Origin: Thermococcus sp. JdFR-02
GTDB taxonomy: Archaea; Methanobacteriota_B; Thermococci; Thermococcales; Thermococcaceae
Length of the DNA stretch: 62,735 nucleotides
Assembly: GCA_002009975.1 (NCBI GenBank)
Contig: MTLP01000025.1
Coordinates: forward strand, 1-62,735
Direction: 5' to 3'
Both the position numbers and the translations under genes were made by a program. How positions within the stretch are numbered: position 1 is the stretch's first letter; each line of letters opens with the position of its first letter. A model generated the notes under the pieces. It did not search any database and was not told the origin of the DNA. It worked only from the letters and a program-made list of their open reading frames with translations. This document shows, in pieces, positions 52,504-61,314 of this stretch.

Positions 52504-53891
52504 AAAAGGCTGTGTGCTTGTTAATCTCCCTCTTAATTTTAAGCATGGTCCCATGGACCGGTGCAAGTGAAATTTCAAAATTCCACATCAAAGTTGGAGA
52601 GCCATTAGAGTTAGATATTCCAGGAGCCCACATTCTTTATGATGGAAGCGAATTCAGCTACTCATCCAGGGATGGATGGTGTGCAGATTTAACAGTGAAA
52701 TTTACAGAAACTGGAAACGTGCACAGCGTTGGTGCATGTGAAGTTGGCTTTGTTGATGCCGATGGAAAGTATAGGTGGTTCCTGAGGAACTTTGAAGAGA
52801 CAGATAACCCGCAAGAAATCAAGCTTGGTCTTTTTGAAGAATGGAATCAAATTGAAGTTAGGGCAATAGATCCAATTCAAGGAGCTGTAACTGTTAAAGA
52901 TACATACAAAGGTAAAACACTTTACTTCAAAATCGGAACAAAAATAGAGATTAAAGATAGGAGTACAAATGCAAGAACAGTTCTTGAGCTTAAGAATATA
53001 GAAACAAGCCTTTTAGGATCTAAAGCCGTGTTTGTTTGGCATGAATATAAAGTCTATGAAGCCGATGTTGTTGTTGAAGAATATCAAGAACAACAACCAA
53101 GCCCATCATCTGCTCCTCCACAAGCGAACCAAACCAATGCAACTACTCCTGGAATGTTGGATCCAACGAAAATTATGACAGCGATGATAGTTGTCGGTGA
53201 GAATGCTGCAGGAGCCGACGTGGCGGCTGGTGCAAAAGTAGCTATAGCGGTTCAGAAATGGGTCGACATTGTGAAGGAAAAATCCGGAGATGTGGTCATT
53301 CCAGGCCTTGGAGGGCTTGGCACCAAGCTGGCAACAATCGCTTCAAAGAACCTAAATGCGGATGCTATGCTTGACACGGAAGTGACTGATCCCGGCAAAA
53401 TCGGATTTGTAGTTTATAGTGTTGGGGGACCAGCAGCAAACAGATATTCTGCAATGCTCAACAGCAGAACAGACCTTCCAGTGCGCTTTGTCAAGGAAAA
53501 CGGCAAATGGTACCTCGTTAGCAAGAGTGGTGAAAAGTGGAGCGGAAGCTACGGAGTTATAATGATAATTCCTGCAGTAAGAGACGTTGACGAATTTAAG
53601 GAAAACTTCATGAAAGGTAACTTCAAGATCATGGACGTGCTCGTTGCAGGACTTGACAGATGGGGAACCTATGCTGCCTGCGACCTTCTGAAAGGAGAAT
53701 TCTTGAAGCCCGTGAAAGACATCCAACCAGATAAAAACTTCATGTCTCTTGTTCAGCTACAAGCGCAGATTCTGACAATGTTCGCTGATCCATTCAGCAT
53801 CTTCGAGGTAGGCTTTGACCCAACAAAGCTGCCGATAACTGCAATAATCGTGGACAAAGATGGAAAAATAGTAAAGGTTGTGATGGGCTAA
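52500..53891 (+). CDS. Secreted protein with S-layer-protein-like anchoring domain
   Basis: IVVGENAAGADVAAG, VGGPAAN, LVAGLDRWGT.AA match the N- and C-terminal motifs of Methanococcales/Thermococcales S-layer proteins. Confidence 0.8.
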   Translation: MKKAVCLLISLLILSMVPWTGASEISKFHIKVGEPLELDIPGAHILYDGSEFSYSSRDGWCADLTVKFTETGNVHSVGACEVGFVDADGKYRWFLRNFEETDNPQEIKLGLFEEWNQIEVRAIDPIQGAVTVKDTYKGKTLYFKIGTKIEIKDRSTNARTVLELKNIETSLLGSKAVFVWHEYKVYEADVVVEEYQEQQPSPSSAPPQANQTNATTPGMLDPTKIMTAMIVVGENAAGADVAAGAKVAIAVQKWVDIVKEKSGDVVIPGLGGLGTKLATIASKNLNADAMLDTEVTDPGKIGFVVYSVGGPAANRYSAMLNSRTDLPVRFVKENGKWYLVSKSGEKWSGSYGVIMIIPAVRDVDEFKENFMKGNFKIMDVLVAGLDRWGTYAACDLLKGEFLKPVKDIQPDKNFMSLVQLQAQILTMFADPFSIFEVGFDPTKLPITAIIVDKDGKIVKVVMG

Positions 53892-53926
53892 TTTTTATTT
53901 TTTGTTCTTAACATTGGTATTGAGAG

Positions 53927-54880
53927 GTGATCATCGTGAAGATATGGATTATATTCATGGTATTAATAATTCTATCTATTATAATGGCAGGATTTCAGTA
54001 TTGGAGATGGTTATCCTTAAGAAAATCCTCAGAAAAAGCTTATCCCAAGTACTTATTTCTATTTATTGCACCTATCTCTGCAGTAGTTGCCATGGTATAT
54101 ATTTTTCCAATTTTTTTAGTAGTTGTATCTCAAACCCCCCTACTTTTGGTATTTTTGCCATTGATTCTAGTCATGGCACTTGCTAGAATATCCATACGGT
54201 GCAAGAAGAAAGAAGGCCCATACAAAGCAAAGGATATAGAGTATTACATCTGCGATAACAAGATTTCTAATGCATGGTACGATCCAAAGGAAAACAAAAT
54301 ATTTGTATCGAAAGATCTTGTTTATGTTTTAGAGGAAGATGAGGTATATGCAGTCCTGTTACATGAAAAAGGTCATTCCAAGAACAAAAGATTGAGTATT
54401 TTAAATGCATTCCTCAGAGCTACTTGGATAATTATAGCATTATTCATAGCAGTAACAATAACTAGTTCACATATCCTTTTACCAAATATAGCTATTGGAA
54501 CTAGGTTTGCATTAATTGCTTGGCTTTACAGTCTAGGAGTTGTAATCACGCCACCAATACTTGCGCTTTCATGGATAGAAGAACATGAGGCAGACTTGAA
54601 TGCTTTACAATACGATCCCGACTTAGCAGAAGCATTAATTGCTGCACTAATTAAGTTAGGAGTCTCAAGCCGTCTTTCACCATATCTGAATGTCAGCCTT
54701 TCAGTGAACATAAAACGAATGGATATCCAAGAAGTTCGAATGCGAAACGTGCTCAAAGAGTTCTTTTTCAGTGTTTTGTTCAGTGTTCCCATAACAGTAT
54801 TTGAGTTTATAAAGGAACCAATATACGTAACCCACCCACCTACCTGGTTAAGAGCGTATTGTCTTAAAAAGTATCTTTAA
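53927..54880 (+). CDS. M48 (HtpX/Ste24-like) membrane zinc metalloprotease
   Basis: NAW, AVLLHEKGH, EHEAD, THPP...R; several TMs. Confidence 0.9.
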   Translation: MIIVKIWIIFMVLIILSIIMAGFQYWRWLSLRKSSEKAYPKYLFLFIAPISAVVAMVYIFPIFLVVVSQTPLLLVFLPLILVMALARISIRCKKKEGPYKAKDIEYYICDNKISNAWYDPKENKIFVSKDLVYVLEEDEVYAVLLHEKGHSKNKRLSILNAFLRATWIIIALFIAVTITSSHILLPNIAIGTRFALIAWLYSLGVVITPPILALSWIEEHEADLNALQYDPDLAEALIAALIKLGVSSRLSPYLNVSLSVNIKRMDIQEVRMRNVLKEFFFSVLFSVPITVFEFIKEPIYVTHPPTWLRAYCLKKYL

Positions 54881-55053
54881 CCTTTTTATCACTATGTTTT
54901 AGTTTTTTTCTGATACTAATAATAACGAGTCGATTTTCTCTATTTCTTGAAAAACAACGTCTAATCCTTCTTTTCGTGACAGTGTTTATTTAAGTCTTTA
55001 ATTCCAAAATCATTAGAAGACAACTATAAATTCCCTAATAATTTGGAGAGGGG

Positions 55054-56388
55054 GTGGGAATGAAAACTACAAGAATTCTTGCGGTTTTTCTGATTTTTAT
55101 TTTTATTGCAAGTGGGACTACAACAGCTGGAACTATCAACATAATTTCGAGAGACTACAATGGAAATAGCCTAATAATGATTTCAAATAGCACGTATGAA
55201 AGTGTCATCTCCATTTTGACCAAAAGCGGTGATCCATTCACTTCTTCAGTATTCCCCACTGCTGATATTATCAATGTTACAGCAAAATTCATTGACGAGT
55301 ATGGTAACACCATTGACATGACAGGTGATGGAAACCCTGATGTCTGGACATATGTTGAGGATCCAAATACACCCGGCCTCTGGAAAGCCAATATAACCCT
55401 TGGGGATATTGAACCAGGCATTTATACACTGAGAATAGAAGCTATTGCAAAGAATAGCACTATTGGAGAAATTTTTGATCAAACTAAATTATCTGTAAGT
55501 GTCTTGGTTCTTGGTGGCCCATATGCTCTCCAAATATTCAACGTTGAAGACAACCAAGACCTCAAACTTGGCACACTAAATATTCATGTAGGAACTATAA
55601 GCGATATAGGGAGCATAATCAGCATTGGTAACATTACTGATGCGAGAACAATAAAAGATAGCAATACTGATGGCATATGGGGGGAGAAAATAGACCTCGA
55701 TAACGACAGGATCTCCGATGGATGGCTCACCTTCATCAAAAACGAAGACCACTATGATATGATAATCTTCTCCAAGAACCAAACACTATTAGAAACCCTT
55801 CTTCCAGAGAGAGAATACAGAATTTCAGGAGATGGAACCATCAAATTTTCAAACCTTCCTTTGAGAACCACTAGTAACTATAGAGATTTCACATATTACG
55901 CCTATATGTTTTGGGACGAAAGCTGGTTGGCGAAACTTGGCATAAAGGCTGTTGACTATTATCTCATCCCCTATTCCACCAGCGACAACTGGAAAATTAC
56001 GGCATATTCCTCCGGCAGGATTCTACACGCCATTATGAAAGTCCGCATAATACGAAGAACTACCTACATTTGGTTCATCACCAAAGAAGAGACCATCTTT
56101 GATGGAAACATCTGGACCCGAGACACGAAAACAATTGATGGAATAATAACTCTCAAACCAAAAGCTCTTGTCTGGTCTTGGTACCCATCAAGAGGATTTG
56201 GAATTATCTGGCGGGCCTATTTGGATGCAACCATTCCAAATACGTACTCAATCAGACAACAGAAAGGGTACAGTGTCCAATTCAGAGGCGACAACCCACT
56301 GGATGGCCTCAACACTATAAGCAAACTCCTAAGCAAAGATGAAATAGATTGGTATTCTCTTCTAGGAGGTGAATCTTATGGAAGTTGA
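55054..56388 (+). CDS. Secreted protein with DxDxDG-type loops (paralog B)
   Basis: Shares ILT.SGDPF, VTAKFIDEYGN..DM.GDG..D, TPGLW, IEA.AKNST, GGPY, WDES..AK.GIKAVDYY.IP and TIPN.YS with 42012-43346. Confidence 0.85.
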   Translation: MGMKTTRILAVFLIFIFIASGTTTAGTINIISRDYNGNSLIMISNSTYESVISILTKSGDPFTSSVFPTADIINVTAKFIDEYGNTIDMTGDGNPDVWTYVEDPNTPGLWKANITLGDIEPGIYTLRIEAIAKNSTIGEIFDQTKLSVSVLVLGGPYALQIFNVEDNQDLKLGTLNIHVGTISDIGSIISIGNITDARTIKDSNTDGIWGEKIDLDNDRISDGWLTFIKNEDHYDMIIFSKNQTLLETLLPEREYRISGDGTIKFSNLPLRTTSNYRDFTYYAYMFWDESWLAKLGIKAVDYYLIPYSTSDNWKITAYSSGRILHAIMKVRIIRRTTYIWFITKEETIFDGNIWTRDTKTIDGIITLKPKALVWSWYPSRGFGIIWRAYLDATIPNTYSIRQQKGYSVQFRGDNPLDGLNTISKLLSKDEIDWYSLLGGESYGS

Positions 56389-56809
56389 ACTCGCTAATAC
56401 TGCTTACCAACTCCTATCAAAAGGTTTCCCTTATATTCCTAAAGAGGTTACAGCACAATCCGCAGTACTATCAATAATCTGGTACATATCATTAGCAATA
56501 GCTCTTATTTACGTCTGGAGAGAAGGTTACCTCATGGAGTTCTTACTTTACATCCTCTCACTTTTGGGCAGAGTTGTCGGAGGATTGCTTTTAGCTCTTA
56601 TAGTATTCTTCCTGCTAATATGGATACCTCCAGTAGCCTTCTTTGCTGCATTGGGGGTACTAGTAGCAGTAGTAGTATTGTACCGTGCAAAGCTCGCCGG
56701 TAGTTTGGCAATAGGGTTGTTATGGACGGTCGCATTGTTCATAGGAGCAATAATCGGTCCATTAGTTGATGCATGGTTCTATGTTCACTATGCGGCAGGT
56801 GAATACTAA
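56378..56809 (+). CDS. Small multi-TM protein
   Basis: GGAGGTGA RBS before ATG 56378; about 4 TM; overlaps the paralog B stop. Confidence 0.75.
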   Translation: MEVELANTAYQLLSKGFPYIPKEVTAQSAVLSIIWYISLAIALIYVWREGYLMEFLLYILSLLGRVVGGLLLALIVFFLLIWIPPVAFFAALGVLVAVVVLYRAKLAGSLAIGLLWTVALFIGAIIGPLVDAWFYVHYAAGEY

Positions 56810-56945
56810 TGCCTTTTCCAAGACAACTGAGAAGAAGCCTTAGACGATATATGATATACATTTCCCTTTACTTTCTATATGGAACTCTCGTAGTGATAGA
56901 GACACTCCAGAAACTTTTAGCTAGATTTTCAAGAAATTAAAAACA

Positions 56946-57911
56946 CTAGGAACCAAGAATGTTTGTTTTTATTTCTGTTTTTATTGTTCCTTTTGGAATT
57001 TGAACCTTTATTTCACCAACTCCCTTAATGTTAAGTATTAAATACAGCTTCATTTCTACCGTCGTTTCTTCGCCATTCTGCAAGTGGCTTACCCACCAGT
57101 CATCCAACGCATTGTTGTCTATTAAAGTTACAAATTCGAGCTTATCACTACTCTTTGGTGCTATAATCTTGGATTCCTCTATAACACCCTCACCAACCTT
57201 TATATCATTCATAAAGATTTCATACCCAATATTAGTGATCGGAAGTGGTACCAATGTTGGATTTGTGATCTCAACATTGTGGATGATCTCCGTCGAATCT
57301 GATGTAACCTTTCCCCAATGTGAGCGCATACTTACGTAGAAAGTCACTGTCATAAGCTTCAGGTCAAACTCCAATGGGACATCATCCATGACAAAGCTAT
57401 CAACGAGATTCGTTCTAATCTCAGAACTCTGCTCAAAAGGCCAATTAAAATCAAATATTTTCAAATCAAAAGTTATAGTGCCTTTCAATGAAATTTTACT
57501 AACTTCGCCATTCTTTAAATGGCTAACCCACCATTCAGGAATCTTGGCGTTATTCAACTTCGTCGAGATAATGATCGTTGTGTTACTCTTAGCAGCTAAA
57601 CTTGCTGGTCCAATATTCTTTCCCTCACCCATGTCAATTCCATTCATGTAAATGTGAACAGAAATATTCTTTATTGGAATTGGTATGGGGTTTGGATTGG
57701 AGACTACAATCTCGGTAATAATTTCCGAAGTGCTTGGAGTTATTTCTCCCCAACGGTGGGAAACACTAATAATTTGAGGCTTGCTCACCTCAATCTTTTT
57801 CTCAATCTTCTCTTTAACGCTTCCTGATCCAAGGCAGCCACTAAGAACACCTGAGACAATCACAAGAATTAAAAATACCACTGCCAACCTCCTAAGCGAC
57901 CCCAACATCAT
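56946..57911 (-). CDS. Lipoprotein with tandem LEA_2/WHy domains
   Basis: Lipobox LSGC; two repeats of W...T...NP...P.PI..I...I.MN...WWVSHL.NGE. Confidence 0.88.
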   Translation of the reverse strand: MMLGSLRRLAVVFLILVIVSGVLSGCLGSGSVKEKIEKKIEVSKPQIISVSHRWGEITPSTSEIITEIVVSNPNPIPIPIKNISVHIYMNGIDMGEGKNIGPASLAAKSNTTIIISTKLNNAKIPEWWVSHLKNGEVSKISLKGTITFDLKIFDFNWPFEQSSEIRTNLVDSFVMDDVPLEFDLKLMTVTFYVSMRSHWGKVTSDSTEIIHNVEITNPTLVPLPITNIGYEIFMNDIKVGEGVIEESKIIAPKSSDKLEFVTLIDNNALDDWWVSHLQNGEETTVEMKLYLILNIKGVGEIKVQIPKGTIKTEIKTNILGS

Positions 57912-57993
57912 TACTCCATCCCCCCATATAACCAACCATCAATAAGGATTTTTACTCGAAAAAATATTAAAGTTTCCCGATAGGTTTATTAAG

Positions 57994-58004
57994 TTGTCCG
58001 ACAA
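57994..58004. promoter_or_regulatory. Putative TA operator palindrome
   Basis: TTGTC-C-GACAA just downstream of a TTTATTAA TATA box in front of the antitoxin. Confidence 0.5.
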
Positions 58005-58016
58005 TTGAACCTATAG

Positions 58017-58271
58017 GTGAGACAAATGGCTACCACAATTAAAGTTTCTACAAGACTTCCCTCAAAGATAGTTAAAGAGATCGACAAATTAGTTGAGAGC
58101 GGATTATTTACTAATAGGAGCGACTTTATCAAAGAAGCCGTTAGGCAGTATCTCAGAGAGTTAAAGAAAGAAGAACCTACCGAGGAAGAAAAATGGGTTT
58201 TAAATATGGTTCAGCCAGTGCTAGCCGAGGACTGGAATAGCGAGGAAGACAAATTTTGGGATGACTATTAA
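58017..58271 (+). CDS. Ribbon-helix-helix antitoxin
   Basis: VSTRLP..IVKEIDKLV..G.F.NRSDFIKEAVR; acidic tail EDWNSEED. Confidence 0.9.
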   Translation: MRQMATTIKVSTRLPSKIVKEIDKLVESGLFTNRSDFIKEAVRQYLRELKKEEPTEEEKWVLNMVQPVLAEDWNSEEDKFWDDY

Positions 58272-58283
58272 GGAGGCTTAAAG

Positions 58284-58643
58284 GTGGAATTCAAGCAGGG
58301 AGAATTAGTTCTTCTACCTTTCCCCTTTGACGATTTAACCAGAGCTAAGAGAAGACCAGCTTTAATTATCTCCTCCACTGAGTTTAATCGAATTAGTAGG
58401 ACTGTTATAGTTGTTGAAATAACTTCCAATCTTCGAAGTGGATTCCAGGAATTAAACGTGTTTATTAAGGATGAAGACATTAAAAGGTACCCACAGACAA
58501 AACCAATAATTCCAAGCATTATAAAACCCTACGTGATCTTTTCAATCAACAAAAAGCTCATCATAAGGAAAATCGGCATGCTAAACGAAGAAAAACTCAA
58601 AGAAGTAATTGACAACCTGCAGAAAATTTTCGCAAAACGTTAA
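58284..58643 (+). CDS. PemK/MazF family endoribonuclease toxin
   Basis: QGELVLLPFPF....KRRPALIIS...N....IVVEITS. Confidence 0.92.
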   Translation: MEFKQGELVLLPFPFDDLTRAKRRPALIISSTEFNRISRTVIVVEITSNLRSGFQELNVFIKDEDIKRYPQTKPIIPSIIKPYVIFSINKKLIIRKIGMLNEEKLKEVIDNLQKIFAKR

Positions 58644-58644
58644 A

Positions 58645-58662
58645 TATTCGCACATACGAATA
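58645..58662. promoter_or_regulatory. Putative operator palindrome upstream of the AbrB-like gene
   Basis: TATTCG-cacata-CGAATA. Confidence 0.35.
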
Positions 58663-58703
58663 ATAAGAAGTAACCAAAATTGGTTACTACAGGAGGCACG
58701 CCA

Positions 58704-59144
58704 ATGGCAGAGGGCCAAGAACGAATAGTGGAACCATTAGCAAAGTTTCATGCACAGGTCTATAAGAATGGAAGAATTTCTCTTCCAAGCCACGAACGCA
58801 AGTATTTTGGAATAGGTGACCATGACATTGTCGAGTTAATTGTGAGAAAAATCGAAGAGGGCAAAATCATTGGACGTGGATGGTTTCTGGCTCAGCTGAC
58901 TGTAAAAGGGAGATTAACAATTCCTCAAGGATTGAGAGAGGAATTAAATATCAATGATGGAGATTTTGTTGAAGTTCTTCTCCTTGGATTTATTCACGTT
59001 GAGGATGTACTCGGCAAAGAGGGAATAAGAATCATAAGAGCCATTAGGAGCAATGAATATAAGCTCATCTCAGATGAAGATGAGAAGAGGCTTCTTAGCA
59101 TGATAGGTAGGGGTATATATCATATGCTTTATTTTAAGGAATAA
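58704..59144 (+). CDS. Tandem AbrB/MazE/SpoVT-domain regulator
   Basis: Two repeats: GRISLP..ER..FGI...D.V and GRLTIP..LR..LNI..GD.V. Confidence 0.88.
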   Translation: MAEGQERIVEPLAKFHAQVYKNGRISLPSHERKYFGIGDHDIVELIVRKIEEGKIIGRGWFLAQLTVKGRLTIPQGLREELNINDGDFVEVLLLGFIHVEDVLGKEGIRIIRAIRSNEYKLISDEDEKRLLSMIGRGIYHMLYFKE

Positions 59145-59396
59145 ATAAATTAATCATTTATTTATTTCTATTCTATAACAGCTTTTTTAGTTTATTACTG
59201 CCTTGAGAGCAACGCCTTATTTATAAACCCTTTTTTGATTCAAAAACTTGAGAGTTTACTTTTTTTATAAGTAGAAAGTTAGGTAAATGATTCAAAAACG
59301 TATTTATAAATAAAGCAATTCTCTGAAAGCTAAAAAACAAAAACAAAAGAAGAATAAAAGAGTTATTTTTGAATTATTCATTTATTTATTCCTTAA
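59134..59396. repeat. Large AT-rich imperfect inverted repeat
   Basis: Perfect 17-bp outer arms (59134-59150 / 59380-59396); 40-bp inner arms (59203-59242 / 59288-59327) with 31/40 identity. Confidence 0.85.
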
Positions 59397-59476
59397 TATA
59401 GAGTACAGTACTTATTGTCAAACTGTTCTTTACTTGACCTTGCGATGACTAGATGTATCCAACTGTTCTCGAAAGG

Positions 59477-59522
59477 TTTATTAATTATTAACGCATATTG
59501 CGTTATAGGAACAAATGCGTTA
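59477..59522 (+). promoter_or_regulatory. Promoter with palindromic operator
   Basis: TTTATTAA TATA box followed by TAACGCA-tat-TGCGTTA (59489-59505) and an extra TGCGTTA half-site. Confidence 0.6.
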
Positions 59523-59530
59523 TGGTGATC

Positions 59531-59695
59531 ATGATGCCACGTCCAAAGAAATACCCGGATGGTGTTGTTATTATATCAATATCAGTCCGACCAAAGGTTC
59601 GTGAGGAGTTTGACAAGAGAAAAGGCAAGCGTTCTCGTGGAGAGTACTTGGAGTGGCTTCTTGAGGTTACTCGTCCGCTTGAACAAAAGACTTGA
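59531..59695 (+). CDS. Small RHH/CopG-like regulator
   Basis: MPRPKKYP...ISISVRP.VREEFDK.KG..SRGEYLEWLL. Confidence 0.75.
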   Translation: MMPRPKKYPDGVVIISISVRPKVREEFDKRKGKRSRGEYLEWLLEVTRPLEQKT

Positions 59696-59698
59696 TAG

Positions 59699-60610
59699 GT
59701 GTTTCTAATGCCAAGACCAATAAAACTCAGGAATCCAAGGGCAATCGTTGCACACGTTGAAGCTGAGATTAAAGAAGAATGGAGTAAGCTAAAAGGTAAC
59801 ATGAGTTGGGGAGATTTCTTTACAACTTGGTATTTGAGGCAAAAAGAGGTAATTAACGCCGCTGTGAAAATTGAGGTTCTTGAAAGAGAAAACAAGGAAA
59901 AAGACAAACGCATTGAAGAGCTTGAGGCTCTTGTTGAGAGGCTTCAGCAAGAGGCCGAGAAGTGGCGCCTTAAGTATGAAGCAGCCGTTAAGGGCGTTTC
60001 AATCTCATCAATTAGCAAAGAAGCTGAGAGGTTCAAGCTTATTGCTGAGAAGGTCCAGGAAGGCAAGTCTTGGAAGCAAGTGTGCATTGAGGTTGGTATT
60101 AGGAATGAGGCTAAGATGCGTGAGCTTCTCAAGATTGCTTTTAACATTTATGATGAATATGGTAAGATTGCGGAGACTTTTACTCCTAGGGATTCAGTTC
60201 CTGAGTTTAAGGCTTGGACTCTTCTAAAAGACGGTAAAGGAATGCTTGATTATGTTTTCGTTCCAAAAGGACAAGAGAAAGCGTTTAAGAAGTTAAAAGA
60301 AGCCGAACAGGAAATCAAAGAGAAGAAAGTTACAAAGATTCATGATCCTGCTGCTGAGGTTACTTCTACTCTCAAGGAATGGCACAGGACATATCTTAGT
60401 TACTTGAGAGATGGGAAAGAGAAACAAGCAATGGATTTCTTGCTTGGTGTTCAGGTGAATGGTCTCAAACGCCTTCTAGAGAAGTATGGTGAGGAGACTG
60501 TTAAGGATGTTGTTTATTCTGATCCTCGCTTTGTTGATGTTTTCTCTTCTTTACTCGAATCTCTCCTTCGGGAGTTGAAAAAGAAGGAAGAGGAGGCTGT
60601 TGCGGAATGA
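59699..60610 (+). CDS. Hypothetical protein, N-terminal RHH-like segment plus coiled coil
   Basis: MPRP...IVAHVE...W.KLKG.MSW resembles the upstream small RHH; heptads follow. Confidence 0.7.
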   Translation: MFLMPRPIKLRNPRAIVAHVEAEIKEEWSKLKGNMSWGDFFTTWYLRQKEVINAAVKIEVLERENKEKDKRIEELEALVERLQQEAEKWRLKYEAAVKGVSISSISKEAERFKLIAEKVQEGKSWKQVCIEVGIRNEAKMRELLKIAFNIYDEYGKIAETFTPRDSVPEFKAWTLLKDGKGMLDYVFVPKGQEKAFKKLKEAEQEIKEKKVTKIHDPAAEVTSTLKEWHRTYLSYLRDGKEKQAMDFLLGVQVNGLKRLLEKYGEETVKDVVYSDPRFVDVFSSLLESLLRELKKKEEEAVAE

Positions 60611-60897
60611 AAGCCCAAATCTCCGAGACGGAGTTTTGGAGTTTTGTTGCCCAAGAAGTAAGGCAAGCCCAAATAAAGGAAGTCAAGGCAGAAGAGCCCA
60701 CCACATTGGAAGAATGGCTTGAGCAAGAGCTGGAAAAAGCCCTCGAGACTAAGGCAAGACTCGAAAGAGAAGCCGCTGTTTTGAAGGCAAAGAAGCAGAA
60801 AGCCGAGCTGGAGAAGGTTGAGAAGGACATTGAGTATTGGACCGGCTATGCGAACGCTTTGGGAGACACCCTCAAAATGCTGAGGGAGGTGTTCTGA
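60607..60897 (+). CDS. Coiled-coil hypothetical protein
   Basis: ATGA-coupled, GGAGG RBS. Confidence 0.7.
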   Translation: MKAQISETEFWSFVAQEVRQAQIKEVKAEEPTTLEEWLEQELEKALETKARLEREAAVLKAKKQKAELEKVEKDIEYWTGYANALGDTLKMLREVF

Positions 60898-61314
60898 ATG
60901 TTGGCCCGTGTAGTTGAGCATGTAACTATACATTTTAAGAAAAAACCCTTTCCACTTGGGAAAGAACTTGAAGAAGCCGTTAAAAAAGTAATGGAAACTG
61001 GAGAACCACAAATTGTGGACAATGGCTGGTCACAATATATCGTCAAGAAGACTGAGCGTGGAATTAGGATTAATGTTAGAGCCCATGTTGCAACATATGA
61101 GGTCCTTACTGAGGAGTACGTATGTGAAAAATACAAAGACATTGTTAAGTTCATGAAAGAAAAAGGAACAGTAAAGAAGAAAGAGCTTGAAAAGAAGTTC
61201 TATTCTTGGCGTGTAGCTGAGTTCTTGGAAGCTGCTAAGGCTCTTGGCATGATAAAGAGCACTTCTCGTGGATACAAACTGATTCTTAACGAAAACGGAA
61301 AGGAGGAGTCTTGA
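60898..61314 (+). CDS. Hypothetical protein, possible C-terminal wHTH
   Basis: Operon-coupled; FLEAAKALGMIK....Y. Confidence 0.65.
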   Translation: MLARVVEHVTIHFKKKPFPLGKELEEAVKKVMETGEPQIVDNGWSQYIVKKTERGIRINVRAHVATYEVLTEEYVCEKYKDIVKFMKEKGTVKKKELEKKFYSWRVAEFLEAAKALGMIKSTSRGYKLILNENGKEES

